64,000 bases of DNA from a bacterium (GTDB taxonomy: Bacteria > SAR324 > NAC60-12): NCBI GenBank assembly GCA_965205865.1, contig CBDBHR010000027.1, forward strand, positions 64,001 through 128,000. The letters are read 5' to 3'. Under the pieces are notes generated by a model that searched no databases, was not told the origin of the DNA, and was given only the letters and a program-made list of their open reading frames with translations. Below, in pieces: positions 9,236 through 20,127 of this stretch; within the stretch, counting starts at the first letter, position 1, and each line of letters opens with the position of its first letter. The position numbers and the translations under genes were made by a program.

Positions 9236-10081
9236 TCAAAGCGGAAAATAATATTGAAAAAAAATGGTGTGATACTGGGAGGATTGCAAGGCGTTGTTGA
9301 CGTTGGGGCTTGTGATCAAGGGAGAATAAATTCCGTAAGTATAACGGTATTGTATGAAGAAATTGGAAGTGAGAAAAAAGGAAACGCCGCCTCCGAAAAT
9401 CAGCGAACCTTCTTGGTAAAGCATCGAAGAACCATTCGAGATTGAAGACCTATCAACGGAGCTGCTTGATGCGTTGGCGATCAGTCGAACTTCAGAGGTT
9501 TGAACCCCGATACCATAACGCAAGTAGAGATCCGGATTCAGACGCAATACTCGAAAATACCAAAAATTGTTTTGGATCGCCTCCACAGCATTGAAAGAGA
9601 CGTCCTGCAGAGTCAAGACTTCTTGAAGATCCAAGATGGTCACATGCCGGGTATATTCTAAATTTAGCGTTTCCGTGAAATATCCCAGATTGAAGGCAAC
9701 CCCGTTGCGGACACTATCATTGTCAAGAATAGAAAGCCCTTCTCGAAAATCCAAACGAACTTGCCGAAAACCGAACCCGAAATAAATACCCAGCGTACGA
9801 ATGGAAGTCCCTTCTGTGATGAATGTGGGATCCGGGATTTTCAAGACGCCATGGGTTTCCAGACTTCGTTCTTCCATACTGGGGGAGACAGACTCTTGGA
9901 TGTTACCGGCCTCTGAATTTGTCTTTTGTTCTCTCGCAAGCGGAATAGGGACAACTTCCATTTCGAGCTGGGAGGAATTCGCTTCCCGGGAATTCGGACT
10001 CTGAGCCTGAACAGATCCTGTCAGAGTCAGCTGGGATATCAACAAGCAAATCAGCGCGTAAAGAAAGATCCATGGTTTCAT
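9236..10081 (-). CDS. Exported protein, probable outer-membrane beta-barrel
   Basis: Signal peptide, alternating aromatic strands, C-terminal FQYYFPL; downstream of lptD. Confidence 0.65.
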   Translation of the reverse strand: MKPWIFLYALICLLISQLTLTGSVQAQSPNSREANSSQLEMEVVPIPLAREQKTNSEAGNIQESVSPSMEERSLETHGVLKIPDPTFITEGTSIRTLGIYFGFGFRQVRLDFREGLSILDNDSVRNGVAFNLGYFTETLNLEYTRHVTILDLQEVLTLQDVSFNAVEAIQNNFWYFRVLRLNPDLYLRYGIGVQTSEVRLIANASSSSVDRSSISNGSSMLYQEGSLIFGGGVSFFLTSNFFIQYRYTYGIYSPLITSPNVNNALQSSQYHTIFFQYYFPL

Positions 10082-10098
10082 TGATCGCAGACACCGGA

Positions 10099-12690
10099 TT
10101 AGAATTGAAATGACTGCCGCGGCAAGGGCAACACCTCGCCGAGGGAGATTCTCAAGATGATGGAAGGATCAACGATTTCTTTTCGTATTCCTCCGCTGGT
10201 AACGGTCTGTTCTGCCAGTTCTTTGAAAACGAGACTGATAGTATAGCATTTCGGATGATAGTCGATAAAGAACGAATCTTCAATCAAACGTCGTCGCAAG
10301 GCGTTTTTATCGGAAACATTAAGATTGAGTTTCCCACTGAACCCGAAAGATAATTCGTCACTGGCTTCAAAAATATTGCCGAAGCTGAGGGTATTGGTTT
10401 TATCATGGAACACATTATTCGGAGAGCGGTATGCGGATTCATTGTTGTGAAATTGAATTTGAGCCCGATTGTTGGGGCTGACTTGAACGTTAAGGTTCGC
10501 TTTCGATTCCACAACCCGTTTCGCCTGATGACTATAGCGCAGAAAAAACTCGACTGAGAATTGGGGACCAGGATTCAGTTTCCATTCGATTTGCAGAGGG
10601 AGCAGAGGTTCTCCCGGCATGGTTTCCTGATCTTCGATTTTTGGGCCTTTTGGATCAAAGTTTTTATCCCGCCGCAATAGGTTTATACGCTGGATGATAT
10701 TCAAACGGGAAAGCACCCAACTCTCGCTCTCCTGATCCGTGTCTCTCACTGTTGCTGCTCGCCGGCTGCGAACTCCCTCTTGAAGATAGGATAGAATCAA
10801 TTCTTCCTGTTCCGTAGAGAGTTTATTAGAAAGCAAGGCTCTCATTTGTGACAAAAAAGCTGTTTCTGAAAAAAATTTCTCATTGACCAAAGCCTGCAAC
10901 CGGTTGAAAATACTTTCGCTCAAATGGTTTTTCAAGAGTTTGATGGAATGCTCCGTGAGAGTGACTTCTCGTACCAACAAATGTTTTTTGACCAGTAGCA
11001 GATTGTCCAGCCGAAGCGTCAGTAATTGCTTGCCTGCTAAGCTATCCTCTTTGTCAAAAAAATCAACAGGTGCCGGACTGGGATACCTCGAAGTTGGTTG
11101 AATCAATGCCATGGTCTTGTCTTGATTCACGTCCTCGGTTGATTCAAAGAGAAGACGGGGGATAATAATGTGTTTAAAGCGACTGAAAATCCCGTCGTCC
11201 GCAACTATCACCCGAGACAAAGTCGTATTCACTTCTGCTTCGAAGAGATCAATCCCATGAAAAATTTCCCGGTTTTCCCGCGATTCCAATGCAATTGTAC
11301 GATCCGCGTAAAACACTGGTGAGCCTGGGTTATTCACCTGATAGTAAGACAATCGTTTGGCTTGGCTCACTATTATATTAACCCCAGCGAAGGGGGCAAA
11401 GCGAAAACGTAGACGAGGCGTGAAAATTTCACGCCATCCAATCACGCCTTTATCTCGATAAAAACGGGTGACCACTCCGTCCACTTCAAACGTGAGCGGT
11501 ATCTGAAAGGGATTGTCGCTGTAATGAAAGGAAATCTCTGGTAGGCGCTGCACCCGGGTTTCGATGAAATTCCTATTCAAAAGGGCAACTTCTTCATACA
11601 CCAACTCCCGGTCGATGACAAAATTGATATTTCCCTGGTCGAATTGATGAGAAAGGCTGAGATTGAGATCTTGGGCATAATTCGGATTAGGCTCACGTAC
11701 TTGTTCATATTCGCGCTGGAATTGACTGTCACTGAAAATCTCGCTGGAGAAGATTAGCTGAGTCCGCTCTCCCCAATTCTGACTATGATTGAATTGAAGT
11801 TTAAAGCGAGGATGTTGCAGTTCGGAATCGGGAATATCGTCCGCATTCAGACGCCCACTCTCTTGGGCGGGATCACGTCTATAGTTTTCTCGCATTGCCC
11901 AGAAATTCCATTGCCCTCGCAAATCGTTTCGCAAGGCATATTCGTATTGAATACCCATGCCAACACCACGACGTTCAATGAAATCTGCCATAAGGGTGAG
12001 ATTTTGATCTTGAGCAATGCTCCAAAAATAGGGAACCTGCAGTTTGATTCCCAGATTGAATTTTTCTTCAGTACTGGAAATGACTTCATAGGACGGCGCT
12101 AAAAAACCACTCTGACGTTTTGTGACAGTGGGCCAGAAGAGATAGGGAAAATAAAAAACCGGGATACCCCGGATCAGCAGACTGACTCCTTGGGCGGAAG
12201 AAAAATTTTCTCCCTGGTAATTGACTTGCGCACCCTCGATTTCCCACACAGGGTTTTGTGGATCACAGGTGGTGATGGAACATTGTTTTGCAACAAACTG
12301 TAATTTCCCCGTTTTGTGAGCTTCCTTTGCCGTCAAAAAGGCCTGTGTGGTGGCGTCATATAAAACAACATTGTAGAAAATCCCTTGCTGGGTGTTCAAA
12401 TCGAATTCCAGACGATCTAAAATTGCGATGATCCGGGAATCCGTAAATCTCACAAAGTCACTGGCAATCAGGGACCTGCTTTCCAAGTTGAAACTCACTT
12501 TCCCTGCTTCCAATGTAATATCAGCCCATGTCAAAGTGGCGTTTTCGGCAATATATGTCTGGTCATCCAAGTAGTAGGACTGGGTCTCGATCTTCAGTTC
12601 CGATATCCCTTGCGCAGCTGCCATTGGGATAGCGATCCTCCCTAGAAAGAGTACGCCGATGAGAGCGAGACGGAAGGTGGACACAAGCAA
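10099..12690 (-). CDS. lptD: LPS-assembly protein LptD
   Basis: N-terminal jellyroll, ITTC..., PVFYFPY...KRQSGFLAP, QRLPEI motifs, terminal Phe. Confidence 0.85.
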   Translation of the reverse strand: MLVSTFRLALIGVLFLGRIAIPMAAAQGISELKIETQSYYLDDQTYIAENATLTWADITLEAGKVSFNLESRSLIASDFVRFTDSRIIAILDRLEFDLNTQQGIFYNVVLYDATTQAFLTAKEAHKTGKLQFVAKQCSITTCDPQNPVWEIEGAQVNYQGENFSSAQGVSLLIRGIPVFYFPYLFWPTVTKRQSGFLAPSYEVISSTEEKFNLGIKLQVPYFWSIAQDQNLTLMADFIERRGVGMGIQYEYALRNDLRGQWNFWAMRENYRRDPAQESGRLNADDIPDSELQHPRFKLQFNHSQNWGERTQLIFSSEIFSDSQFQREYEQVREPNPNYAQDLNLSLSHQFDQGNINFVIDRELVYEEVALLNRNFIETRVQRLPEISFHYSDNPFQIPLTFEVDGVVTRFYRDKGVIGWREIFTPRLRFRFAPFAGVNIIVSQAKRLSYYQVNNPGSPVFYADRTIALESRENREIFHGIDLFEAEVNTTLSRVIVADDGIFSRFKHIIIPRLLFESTEDVNQDKTMALIQPTSRYPSPAPVDFFDKEDSLAGKQLLTLRLDNLLLVKKHLLVREVTLTEHSIKLLKNHLSESIFNRLQALVNEKFFSETAFLSQMRALLSNKLSTEQEELILSYLQEGVRSRRAATVRDTDQESESWVLSRLNIIQRINLLRRDKNFDPKGPKIEDQETMPGEPLLPLQIEWKLNPGPQFSVEFFLRYSHQAKRVVESKANLNVQVSPNNRAQIQFHNNESAYRSPNNVFHDKTNTLSFGNIFEASDELSFGFSGKLNLNVSDKNALRRRLIEDSFFIDYHPKCYTISLVFKELAEQTVTSGGIRKEIVDPSIILRISLGEVLPLPRQSFQF

Positions 12691-12691
12691 C

Positions 12692-13126
12692 TTACCTGAG
12701 GTAGTCTATAGTAACCCGAGCAGCCAATTCATAGCCTCGAATTCCCAGTCCGACTACCGAACCTATGGCGATATCCGAAAAATAAGAATGGTGCCGAAAG
12801 GGCTCTCGTTTGAAAATGTTGGAAATATGGATTTCAATCAAGGGGATTTGAATTCCCAATATCGCATCTCGGAGCGCGATGCTGGTGTGCGTGTACCCTC
12901 CTGGATTCATCAACAGAAAATCAGCATCCCGATGAGCATGCAACCAGTCTATCATTCCTCCTTCTGAATTGGATTGAAATGCTTGACATACGATTTGATT
13001 TTCCTTGAAAAAAGCAATGATTTTCTGTTCCGTTTCAGAGAGTGTTGTCTTTCCATAAAGATCTGGTTCACGAGACCCCAATAAATTGAGGTTTGGGCCA
13101 TTGAGTAACAGTACTGTTTTATTCAT
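12692..13126 (-). CDS. aroQ: Type II 3-dehydroquinate dehydratase
   Basis: LNGPNLNLLGSREPDLYG, NPGGYTHTSIALRDA, EIHISN. Confidence 0.97.
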   Translation of the reverse strand: MNKTVLLLNGPNLNLLGSREPDLYGKTTLSETEQKIIAFFKENQIVCQAFQSNSEGGMIDWLHAHRDADFLLMNPGGYTHTSIALRDAILGIQIPLIEIHISNIFKREPFRHHSYFSDIAIGSVVGLGIRGYELAARVTIDYLR

Positions 13127-13199
13127 ACTCCCGTCCTATTTGAAAAGTAGGGTGAGCCCTCGCCGGAGACCAGGATTTTCTTCTAACGAAGATCCTTGC

Positions 13200-13228
13200 A
13201 AAGTAATGCGGAATGCTTGGGGTGTCAA
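13200..13228 (-). promoter_or_regulatory. Sigma70-type promoter for aroQ-lptD
   Basis: TTGACA-17 bp-TACTTT about 75 bp upstream of aroQ. Confidence 0.5.
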
Positions 13229-13363
13229 GTCCCCGAAGGGCAAAAAGATGGCATATTTTTTGTTTGATGGCCTGTTAGAAACGGGACAAAAGGTGGACTG
13301 CATCCGGAAGAGTTGGCACAGGCCTGCCAAAAGGAGGATAATTGGAGGGAATCGCATCTTTCC

Positions 13364-14536
13364 TCAAGCTTGCCAACCAATGGCTTTCCTTGCCATCAAC
13401 TCCTCAATTTCACAAGGAGAAAATCCCCATGCTTGCAATTCTTCCGCTGTATTCTCACCAAACGAGGGAACCCCTGTCGATGGCGAAGCAGGTGTTCTGC
13501 TGAATTTCGGCGCTGAGCCCGGATGAACTACGCCATCGACCTCCAAATAGCTTTTTCTTGCCTGATTGTGAGCATGCTTGGGGGCTTCCTCAAAAGAGAG
13601 GACGGGGGCAAAACAAACATCGCTGCCTTCAAAAATCTCACACCATTCTTTGCGGGTTTTGCTCTTGAAAATTTCAGTGAATTTTTCACGCATTCTTGGC
13701 CATTGGGTTCGGTCCATTTGAGAGGGCAATTCCTCCGAGTCTATTCCCAGTTTCTCTAAAAGGAGTTGATAAAACTTGGCTTCGATAGAACCGAGGGAGA
13801 TGTACAAGCCATCTTTCGTTTCGTAAGTCCCATAAAAATGGGCTCCGCCGTCCAGGAGATTGTCTTCACGCTGTTTCGTCCATTGCCCTGCTGCAGTCAA
13901 TCCAAAGTTCCCGCTTGCCAAATAGGCGGCTCCTTCGGTCATGCTGACGTCAACGACCTGGCCTTGATGCGAATGCTGCGCTTCATAGACGGCTGCCAGT
14001 ATTCCGAAGGCCAGAAACATACCACCTCCTCCCATATCTGCTACGACGTTTAGAGGAGGCATCGGTTTTTCTTTGGGACCAATTGCGTGCAAGATTCCGG
14101 TGAGCGCCAAATAATTGATATCATGTCCGGCTGCTCGGGAGAGAGGCCCACTCTGTCCCCATCCCGTCATCCGCGCATAAACCAGCATCTTGTTGCGTAC
14201 AAAGCAATCTTCCGGACCCAATCCAAGTTTCTCGGTCACTCCCGGACGGAATGGATCAATCATCGCGTCAGCCTGTTCGAGCAACCGCAATACGGTTTCA
14301 ATCCCCCCCGGGTTTTTTAAATCAATTGAAACGGAAGGTCGATTGCGACGAAGGAGATCGTATTTGCCAGGGCGGGGAGTTCCCAATCCGGAAAGTTGAT
14401 TTCGATCAATGCGAAGTACATCAGCGCCCATATCAGCCAGCAACATGCCACACAAAGGGCCTGGACCTATGCCCGCCAATTCCAACACTTTCAGTCCTAC
14501 TAGGGGGCCCGTCAATTTAGTAGTCTCTTTCTTCAT
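13364..14536 (-). CDS. CaiB/BaiF family III CoA-transferase (alpha-methylacyl-CoA racemase-like)
   Basis: ELAGIGPGP, FRPGV, GHDINY, ADMGGG. Confidence 0.93.
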   Translation of the reverse strand: MKKETTKLTGPLVGLKVLELAGIGPGPLCGMLLADMGADVLRIDRNQLSGLGTPRPGKYDLLRRNRPSVSIDLKNPGGIETVLRLLEQADAMIDPFRPGVTEKLGLGPEDCFVRNKMLVYARMTGWGQSGPLSRAAGHDINYLALTGILHAIGPKEKPMPPLNVVADMGGGGMFLAFGILAAVYEAQHSHQGQVVDVSMTEGAAYLASGNFGLTAAGQWTKQREDNLLDGGAHFYGTYETKDGLYISLGSIEAKFYQLLLEKLGIDSEELPSQMDRTQWPRMREKFTEIFKSKTRKEWCEIFEGSDVCFAPVLSFEEAPKHAHNQARKSYLEVDGVVHPGSAPKFSRTPASPSTGVPSFGENTAEELQAWGFSPCEIEELMARKAIGWQA

Positions 14537-15075
14537 AATTTCTTATCGGAAAAGATCCATTGTGTTTTTGATAACTCCCACCATATGGGAATTGAAAAAT
14601 TCGGTGAACAGAGAAATCCTTTTGAGAAGATCTTAGGTCACTCCCTATTCTGCAGAAGATCCATATCCCATAAAATCGGGTGGCGTTGCAGGGTAAGAAC
14701 GAAGCGAGGATCAAGTCGAAAATTCTGCAACCCCTGATACAAATTGATACAATTTGTAACCTCTGCGAAAAGATCTCGGCCTCTTGTCCATGAAACACTC
14801 GAGAGAGTTGGCGCACACCCACAAAACCCTTTATTTCCTTGAGGGTATGCTATAACATAAACTCAGTTCCGGAGCGGGATTGAAAGCAGATTTCTCCATT
14901 TCTGAAGAGGGTTTGTGAGAATTCGAGTGGAAAGCGAAGGACCCTCACTATTTCCCTTTTTGAAAAAGAAGAAAAACCAGCCAATCACGAGTTTTTCTTC
15001 TCCAGAATACACTTTTTAACATAAATATAATTCAAAAGGCAAGCATTGGGAGAGTCAAATGACCATGGTGAGAAA

Positions 15076-15714
15076 ATGAACATGAAGATGCGATTGCTAC
15101 TGTTCCTGGGCGTATGGTGTCTCCTGTTGGCAGGGGTCTCTACCGGCGTTGCTCAGGCAAAAACCACCATTGTTTTTTTGGGAGATTCGTTGACAGAAGG
15201 ATACGGATTGGAAAAAACAGAAGCCTTCCCTTTTCTTTTTCAACAGGCTCTGAAGGCGAAAGGATACAAAGATATCAAAGTGATCAATGCGGGTATCAGT
15301 GGATCCACTTCAGCCAGCGCTCCTTCTCGTTTGAAGTGGTATCTGCGAATCAAGCCGACAATTTTGGTTTTAGCCCTCGGTGCTAATGATGGACTGCGAG
15401 GCGTGAATCCCCAAGCCATGAAAAAAAACCTGGCGACAACCATCCAACTAGCTCTGGATCGCAATATACAAGTGGTATTGGCAGGAATGAAGATTCCGCG
15501 CAATTACGGATCCCAATATACTCGGGAGTTTGAATCGGTGTATCCGGAACTTGCCGAAGAATTCAAGATTCCCCTCATCCCTTTTTTACTGGATGGAGTG
15601 GCCACCCACCCCGAGATGAACTTGCCAGATGGTATTCACCCCAATTCAAAGGGGCATCAAATCATTGCCAAACACATCTTAGAAAATCTACTGCCTTTGC
15701 TGCCCGAATCTTGA
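15076..15714 (+). CDS. tesA: Arylesterase / acyl-CoA thioesterase I (SGNH/GDSL)
   Basis: GDSLT, NAGISG, LGANDGLRG, DGIHPN. Confidence 0.9.
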   Translation: MNMKMRLLLFLGVWCLLLAGVSTGVAQAKTTIVFLGDSLTEGYGLEKTEAFPFLFQQALKAKGYKDIKVINAGISGSTSASAPSRLKWYLRIKPTILVLALGANDGLRGVNPQAMKKNLATTIQLALDRNIQVVLAGMKIPRNYGSQYTREFESVYPELAEEFKIPLIPFLLDGVATHPEMNLPDGIHPNSKGHQIIAKHILENLLPLLPES

Positions 15715-15809
15715 TCCATCTGTTGCCTGATTGAAGCGTTGGAATAGGCAGACATTTTTTTTTTTGGAATAAAGAAGGATTATTTTAAATTTATATTTCA
15801 AGAGTTTTT

Positions 15810-16469
15810 ATGATCTTAGAAGTCAACAAATTGATCAAAACATTTGAAACGTCTGCCAAATCCGTAGAGGTCCTCACAGGGATCAACCTCACAATCGATG
15901 CCGGTGAGACCGTTGCCATATTGGGTCAATCAGGAAGCGGAAAATCGACATTGCTTTCCTTAATGGCCGGTCTGGACCAACCCACATCTGGTTTTATTGA
16001 ACTCATTGGACAAAAACTGCACGAAATGGATGAAGAAAACCTCTCGAAATTCCGTGCTCAAAATATAGGGATTGTTTTCCAGCAATTTCACCTCATGACC
16101 CATTTGACAGCACTGGAAAATATCTCACTGCCCCTGGATCTCAGCCGTGATCCGAATGCGCTAAGCAAGGCTGAGATTGCGTTGCGGCAAGTGGGACTGG
16201 ATCATCGGGAGAGTCATTTTCCCCATCAGTTGAGTGGTGGGGAATGCCAAAGGGTTGCTATCGCACGCGCACTGGTCGTCCGACCCGCTTTACTACTTGC
16301 TGATGAACCGACTGGGAATTTAGACAATAAGACAGGGGAACATATTGCGGATTTGTTTTTTGATCTGGTAGAATCGACAGAAATGACCCTCCTTTTTGTC
16401 ACTCACAACGAACATCTGGCAGATCGCTGTTTTCGCAAGCATATTTTACGGAAAGGTAGATTCGTATGA
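15810..16469 (+). CDS. ybbA: ABC ATP-binding protein (YbbA/LolD-like)
   Basis: GQSGSGKS, LSGGECQR, DEPTGNLD; context with tesA and ybbP. Confidence 0.85.
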   Translation: MILEVNKLIKTFETSAKSVEVLTGINLTIDAGETVAILGQSGSGKSTLLSLMAGLDQPTSGFIELIGQKLHEMDEENLSKFRAQNIGIVFQQFHLMTHLTALENISLPLDLSRDPNALSKAEIALRQVGLDHRESHFPHQLSGGECQRVAIARALVVRPALLLADEPTGNLDNKTGEHIADLFFDLVESTEMTLLFVTHNEHLADRCFRKHILRKGRFV

Positions 16470-19042
16470 GGCTTTGGATCAAACTGGCGCTTAAGGAAAT
16501 TCGTAACAATTTCCATTTCAGTCTTTTTTTCATCATCAACCTCACTCTGGGACTGATCGGGTTTATTGCGCTGGATTCATTCAAGACCTCGATTCATCAT
16601 CATTTGGAACAAAATTCAAAAAACATCCTGACGGCTGACATAAGCGTGCGTTCCAATCAGCCGTTTACGGAGCAAGAAATCGACTTGTTTACGGAAGCCA
16701 TTGGCGCAGAAGCAGAAACATCGGAGCAAATTCATTTCATCTCCATGGTTGCAGGCAATCAAAATTCCCGCATGGTGCGCATTATTGGAATCGATGAGAA
16801 TTTTCCCCTTTATGGCGATATTGTTTTAAAAAACCATGGAGTCCTCGAAGGTAAGAAAGTTCGGGATAGGTTGTTGTTGCGGAAAGGAGCCTGGGTTGCC
16901 CAAGATTTGATGATCGCCTTTGAATTCCAGGAAGGAGAGGCGGTCAAGGTCGGCCAAACATCTTTTGAAATCGCAGACACGATTTTGGAAGATCCTACCA
17001 GTACCGCTGCATTTCTTGCAGGAATTCCTACCGTTTATTTGGGTATCAATCAGATTCCGGATACCGGATTAGTGCAAACCGGCAGCCGGATTCGCTACGA
17101 GCGCTTTTATAAATTACCGGAAGGCGCAGCATTGGAATCGGTGGAGGAAGAGTTGCGTCAAAGGCTTAACGCGCTCTATCCGGGATCTCGAAGAATACGC
17201 ATTGAAACTCACAAAGATGCCAGCGAACAACTGGGGAGGGTGCTGGGGTACCTCAATGATTACCTGGGATTGGTTGCCCTCATTGCTTTGTTTCTGGCAG
17301 GAGTGGGCGGAGCTTATTTGTTCCGCAGCTTCTTAACCAGCCGTTTTCGGGAAATGGCCATCCTCATCAGCTTGGGCGCAACTCGGAAAAATGCCTATCT
17401 GATGAGTTTGATGCAAATCACAATCCTCGGTTTGATCAGTGCGGCTGCTTCCACTTTCTTTGCCTTCCTCTTACTTCCCATACTACCCTCACTTTTACAG
17501 AATTTCCTTCCCAAAGGCTTCGTCAGTTCCATGGGGTGGAGCACTCTCTTGCTCGCATTTTTTATGGGTACCTTGGGCAGCGTGATTTGCTGTTTGCCGA
17601 TCTTGGTCCGTATTTACAATCTCAATCCCGTCGCTTTATTTCATGAAAATGTTATTCCTACCCGGGAGGACCGACGCACGCAGGTGAGGAAGATTTTCAG
17701 TTATACGCCGGCACTGCTCGCGTATTGGGCATTGGCTGTTTGGCAAGCGCATTCCTGGCTCATTGGCAGTTTGTTTGTCTCATTGTTTTTGGGCTCGCTT
17801 GTTGTGCTGGGATTGGTAGCTTGGGGAGTTTTGACGATCTGTGGCAATCTCTCGCACCATCAGAGAGTGACTCCTAAAATCGCCCTGAGGAATCTCAATC
17901 GCAATAAATTGGGAGCCATTTCCTGTTTTCTTGCCATTGGTTTGGGATCTTTGTTGATCAACCTGATTCCCCAAATCCAACGGGGCTTGCAAGAAGAAAT
18001 TGCCCAACCTGCAGAAGTCGAGGTTCCCAGTTTTTTCCTCTTTGATATCCAGTCTGAACAAGTGCCCCTTTTGCAAAACTACCTGCAGCAAGAAAATTAT
18101 CAATTGTCCTATCTCTCTCCCATGATTCGCGCCCGTTTGGAAGCAGTCAACCAGAAAACTTTTGATTCCACCGTCGAGCAGGTGATGATGACCAGGGAAA
18201 ATGAAAGGGAACAGCGATTTCGAAATCGCGGTTTCAATTTATCGTATCGCGCGGAATTGAACGACTCTGAATCCTATGTGGCAGGAAAACCGCTTTCTCT
18301 ACAATTTCAACCGGACTCGGAAAACCCGCCAGAAATCTCATTGGAGGAAGGTTTTGCCGAACGCCTGGCACTGAAAATTGGGGATGAATTGACCTTTGAC
18401 GTGCAAAGCGTGCCCATCACCGGAAAAGTGGTCAACTTGAGAAAAGTCAAGTGGAACAGCTTTCAGCCCAATTTTTTCATCGTTTTCCAACCAGGAGTTC
18501 TGGAAGACGCGCCGAAAATTTTTCTGGCAGGGATATCTAATGTGAGCGCCAATCGCAAACTGGCTTTACAAAACGGAATCGTGCAGCGTTTTCCCAATAT
18601 TTCCGTAATCGACGTGTCCCGCGTCGTCTCTCGCATTTTGGATATTACAGAACAAATCAGTTGGGCAATTCGTGTGATGGCCTACCTTTCCATTCTAGTT
18701 GGGCTGGTGGTCTTGTTTTCCATTGCCCGCTACGAGATTCAACATCGATTTTGGGAAATCAATCTCTTGAAAGTCCTGGGAGCCCGTTTTCAGGACGTGC
18801 GTCTCATCGTACAAATCGAGTTTGGCATTCTGGGATTGTTTGCTGCCATTTTCGGGGTTATTCTCAGCAATGGCATGTCCTTTGTTATTTCCTATATCAT
18901 TTTTGAACGCCTCTGGAGTTTTTCCTGGCAAATGAGCCTCTTCAGCATTGTGGGCATCAGTCTCCTCAGCATTGGGACCGCCTTGCTGGCCACCCATCAA
19001 CTACTCAAACAAAAACCCTTGAAGTTGCTCCAAGCGACTTGA
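16466..19042 (+). CDS. ybbP: ABC permease, duplicated FtsX domains (YbbP-like)
   Basis: PSFFLFDIQ, VKWNSFQPNFF motifs; ATGA overlap with ybbA. Confidence 0.85.
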   Translation: MRLWIKLALKEIRNNFHFSLFFIINLTLGLIGFIALDSFKTSIHHHLEQNSKNILTADISVRSNQPFTEQEIDLFTEAIGAEAETSEQIHFISMVAGNQNSRMVRIIGIDENFPLYGDIVLKNHGVLEGKKVRDRLLLRKGAWVAQDLMIAFEFQEGEAVKVGQTSFEIADTILEDPTSTAAFLAGIPTVYLGINQIPDTGLVQTGSRIRYERFYKLPEGAALESVEEELRQRLNALYPGSRRIRIETHKDASEQLGRVLGYLNDYLGLVALIALFLAGVGGAYLFRSFLTSRFREMAILISLGATRKNAYLMSLMQITILGLISAAASTFFAFLLLPILPSLLQNFLPKGFVSSMGWSTLLLAFFMGTLGSVICCLPILVRIYNLNPVALFHENVIPTREDRRTQVRKIFSYTPALLAYWALAVWQAHSWLIGSLFVSLFLGSLVVLGLVAWGVLTICGNLSHHQRVTPKIALRNLNRNKLGAISCFLAIGLGSLLINLIPQIQRGLQEEIAQPAEVEVPSFFLFDIQSEQVPLLQNYLQQENYQLSYLSPMIRARLEAVNQKTFDSTVEQVMMTRENEREQRFRNRGFNLSYRAELNDSESYVAGKPLSLQFQPDSENPPEISLEEGFAERLALKIGDELTFDVQSVPITGKVVNLRKVKWNSFQPNFFIVFQPGVLEDAPKIFLAGISNVSANRKLALQNGIVQRFPNISVIDVSRVVSRILDITEQISWAIRVMAYLSILVGLVVLFSIARYEIQHRFWEINLLKVLGARFQDVRLIVQIEFGILGLFAAIFGVILSNGMSFVISYIIFERLWSFSWQMSLFSIVGISLLSIGTALLATHQLLKQKPLKLLQAT

Positions 19043-20127
19043 AATTCAATCCGGTTTCTGCAGGAGAGAGAGTTTGTCAAGAATGGATAGAGTAATCAGC
19101 GGAGCGCTATTGACAACCACTTTCATGAGGAGGATAAATTTTCGGCAAGTTGTTTGCCGGAAGCTACTTCTTCCTGGAAATCTTCTTCAGAATATTCAAT
19201 GACCTTAAAGCCATGTTCCGAAAGCAGATGGTAGAATTCATATTTATTGCCTGACAGAAAAATACAATTTTACTAATAGGAGGTGTAGAACTCGCGAGAA
19301 CAGCCATTCTTGAACAAGCCATATTTTAGATAGCTGAAGCTATTTTTCTTTGAGATCCCCGCTTTTTTGTTAATCCTCTTTTTTTGGGCACTCGCTCCCA
19401 GCCTCCCTTCTTATTTTAGTGCTTGACCGAAAAATACTCAAATTGCTGATATTAAATGACAATTCTTCAATTTCACAGGATGAAGATTGGTTTGATGCAG
19501 TGTTCAGATTGCCAAAATCAGCAAAAAATGGGATTTTTATGAGTTTCTCCAAAATCTTCGTTTCTTGAAAATAGGTGAATACCATTAAATATCATGTAGT
19601 TATCTAATTTTTGTCCAAGCACTAGTTATCATATTCTAACTTGACTATCTCGTCAGGTTAGAAGGTATAAAGGACCGATATTTGGGGAAGCGACGACGAG
19701 TGGGTTGCCAGCGGAGGAATTGCTTAAGCGCTTGAATGGTCCTATCAATGTTAATCTTGAATCGTTTTTTTCTTATTCCTGCCTTTATGGACCGGTATAG
19801 GCTTGGCCAGGTCTCTCCTTCCGGCTAGCGCTGCGTATCGAAAAAATGCCGCCTCTCGAGCGGTTTTACTCGAGATTTGAAACTAGCGCCTCCCTGCGGA
19901 ACCCTCGAGTCGAAAAACCGGAAGACCGACAATCTCCCGCCTCGGGTGTGGCAAAAGCTGGAATTGCGTTTTTTGATTCAGTAGACTAAAATTGTTGAGT
20001 AAACTATCCGGTCGGCTGTCATTTTCTCTGTTATTTTCGGAATAATCAATGATTTATCATCCCGGTCTTGATCCGGGATTCAGGAACCACTTCCCTCCTT
20101 CAGCAAACCTCGAGACATTGAAGCGCG

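Noticed and set aside
19060-20100. ncRNA or intact gene in the long intergenic region
   Set aside because: Only short possible gene fragments and weak palindromes; no tRNA, tmRNA, 6S or riboswitch pattern I can support.
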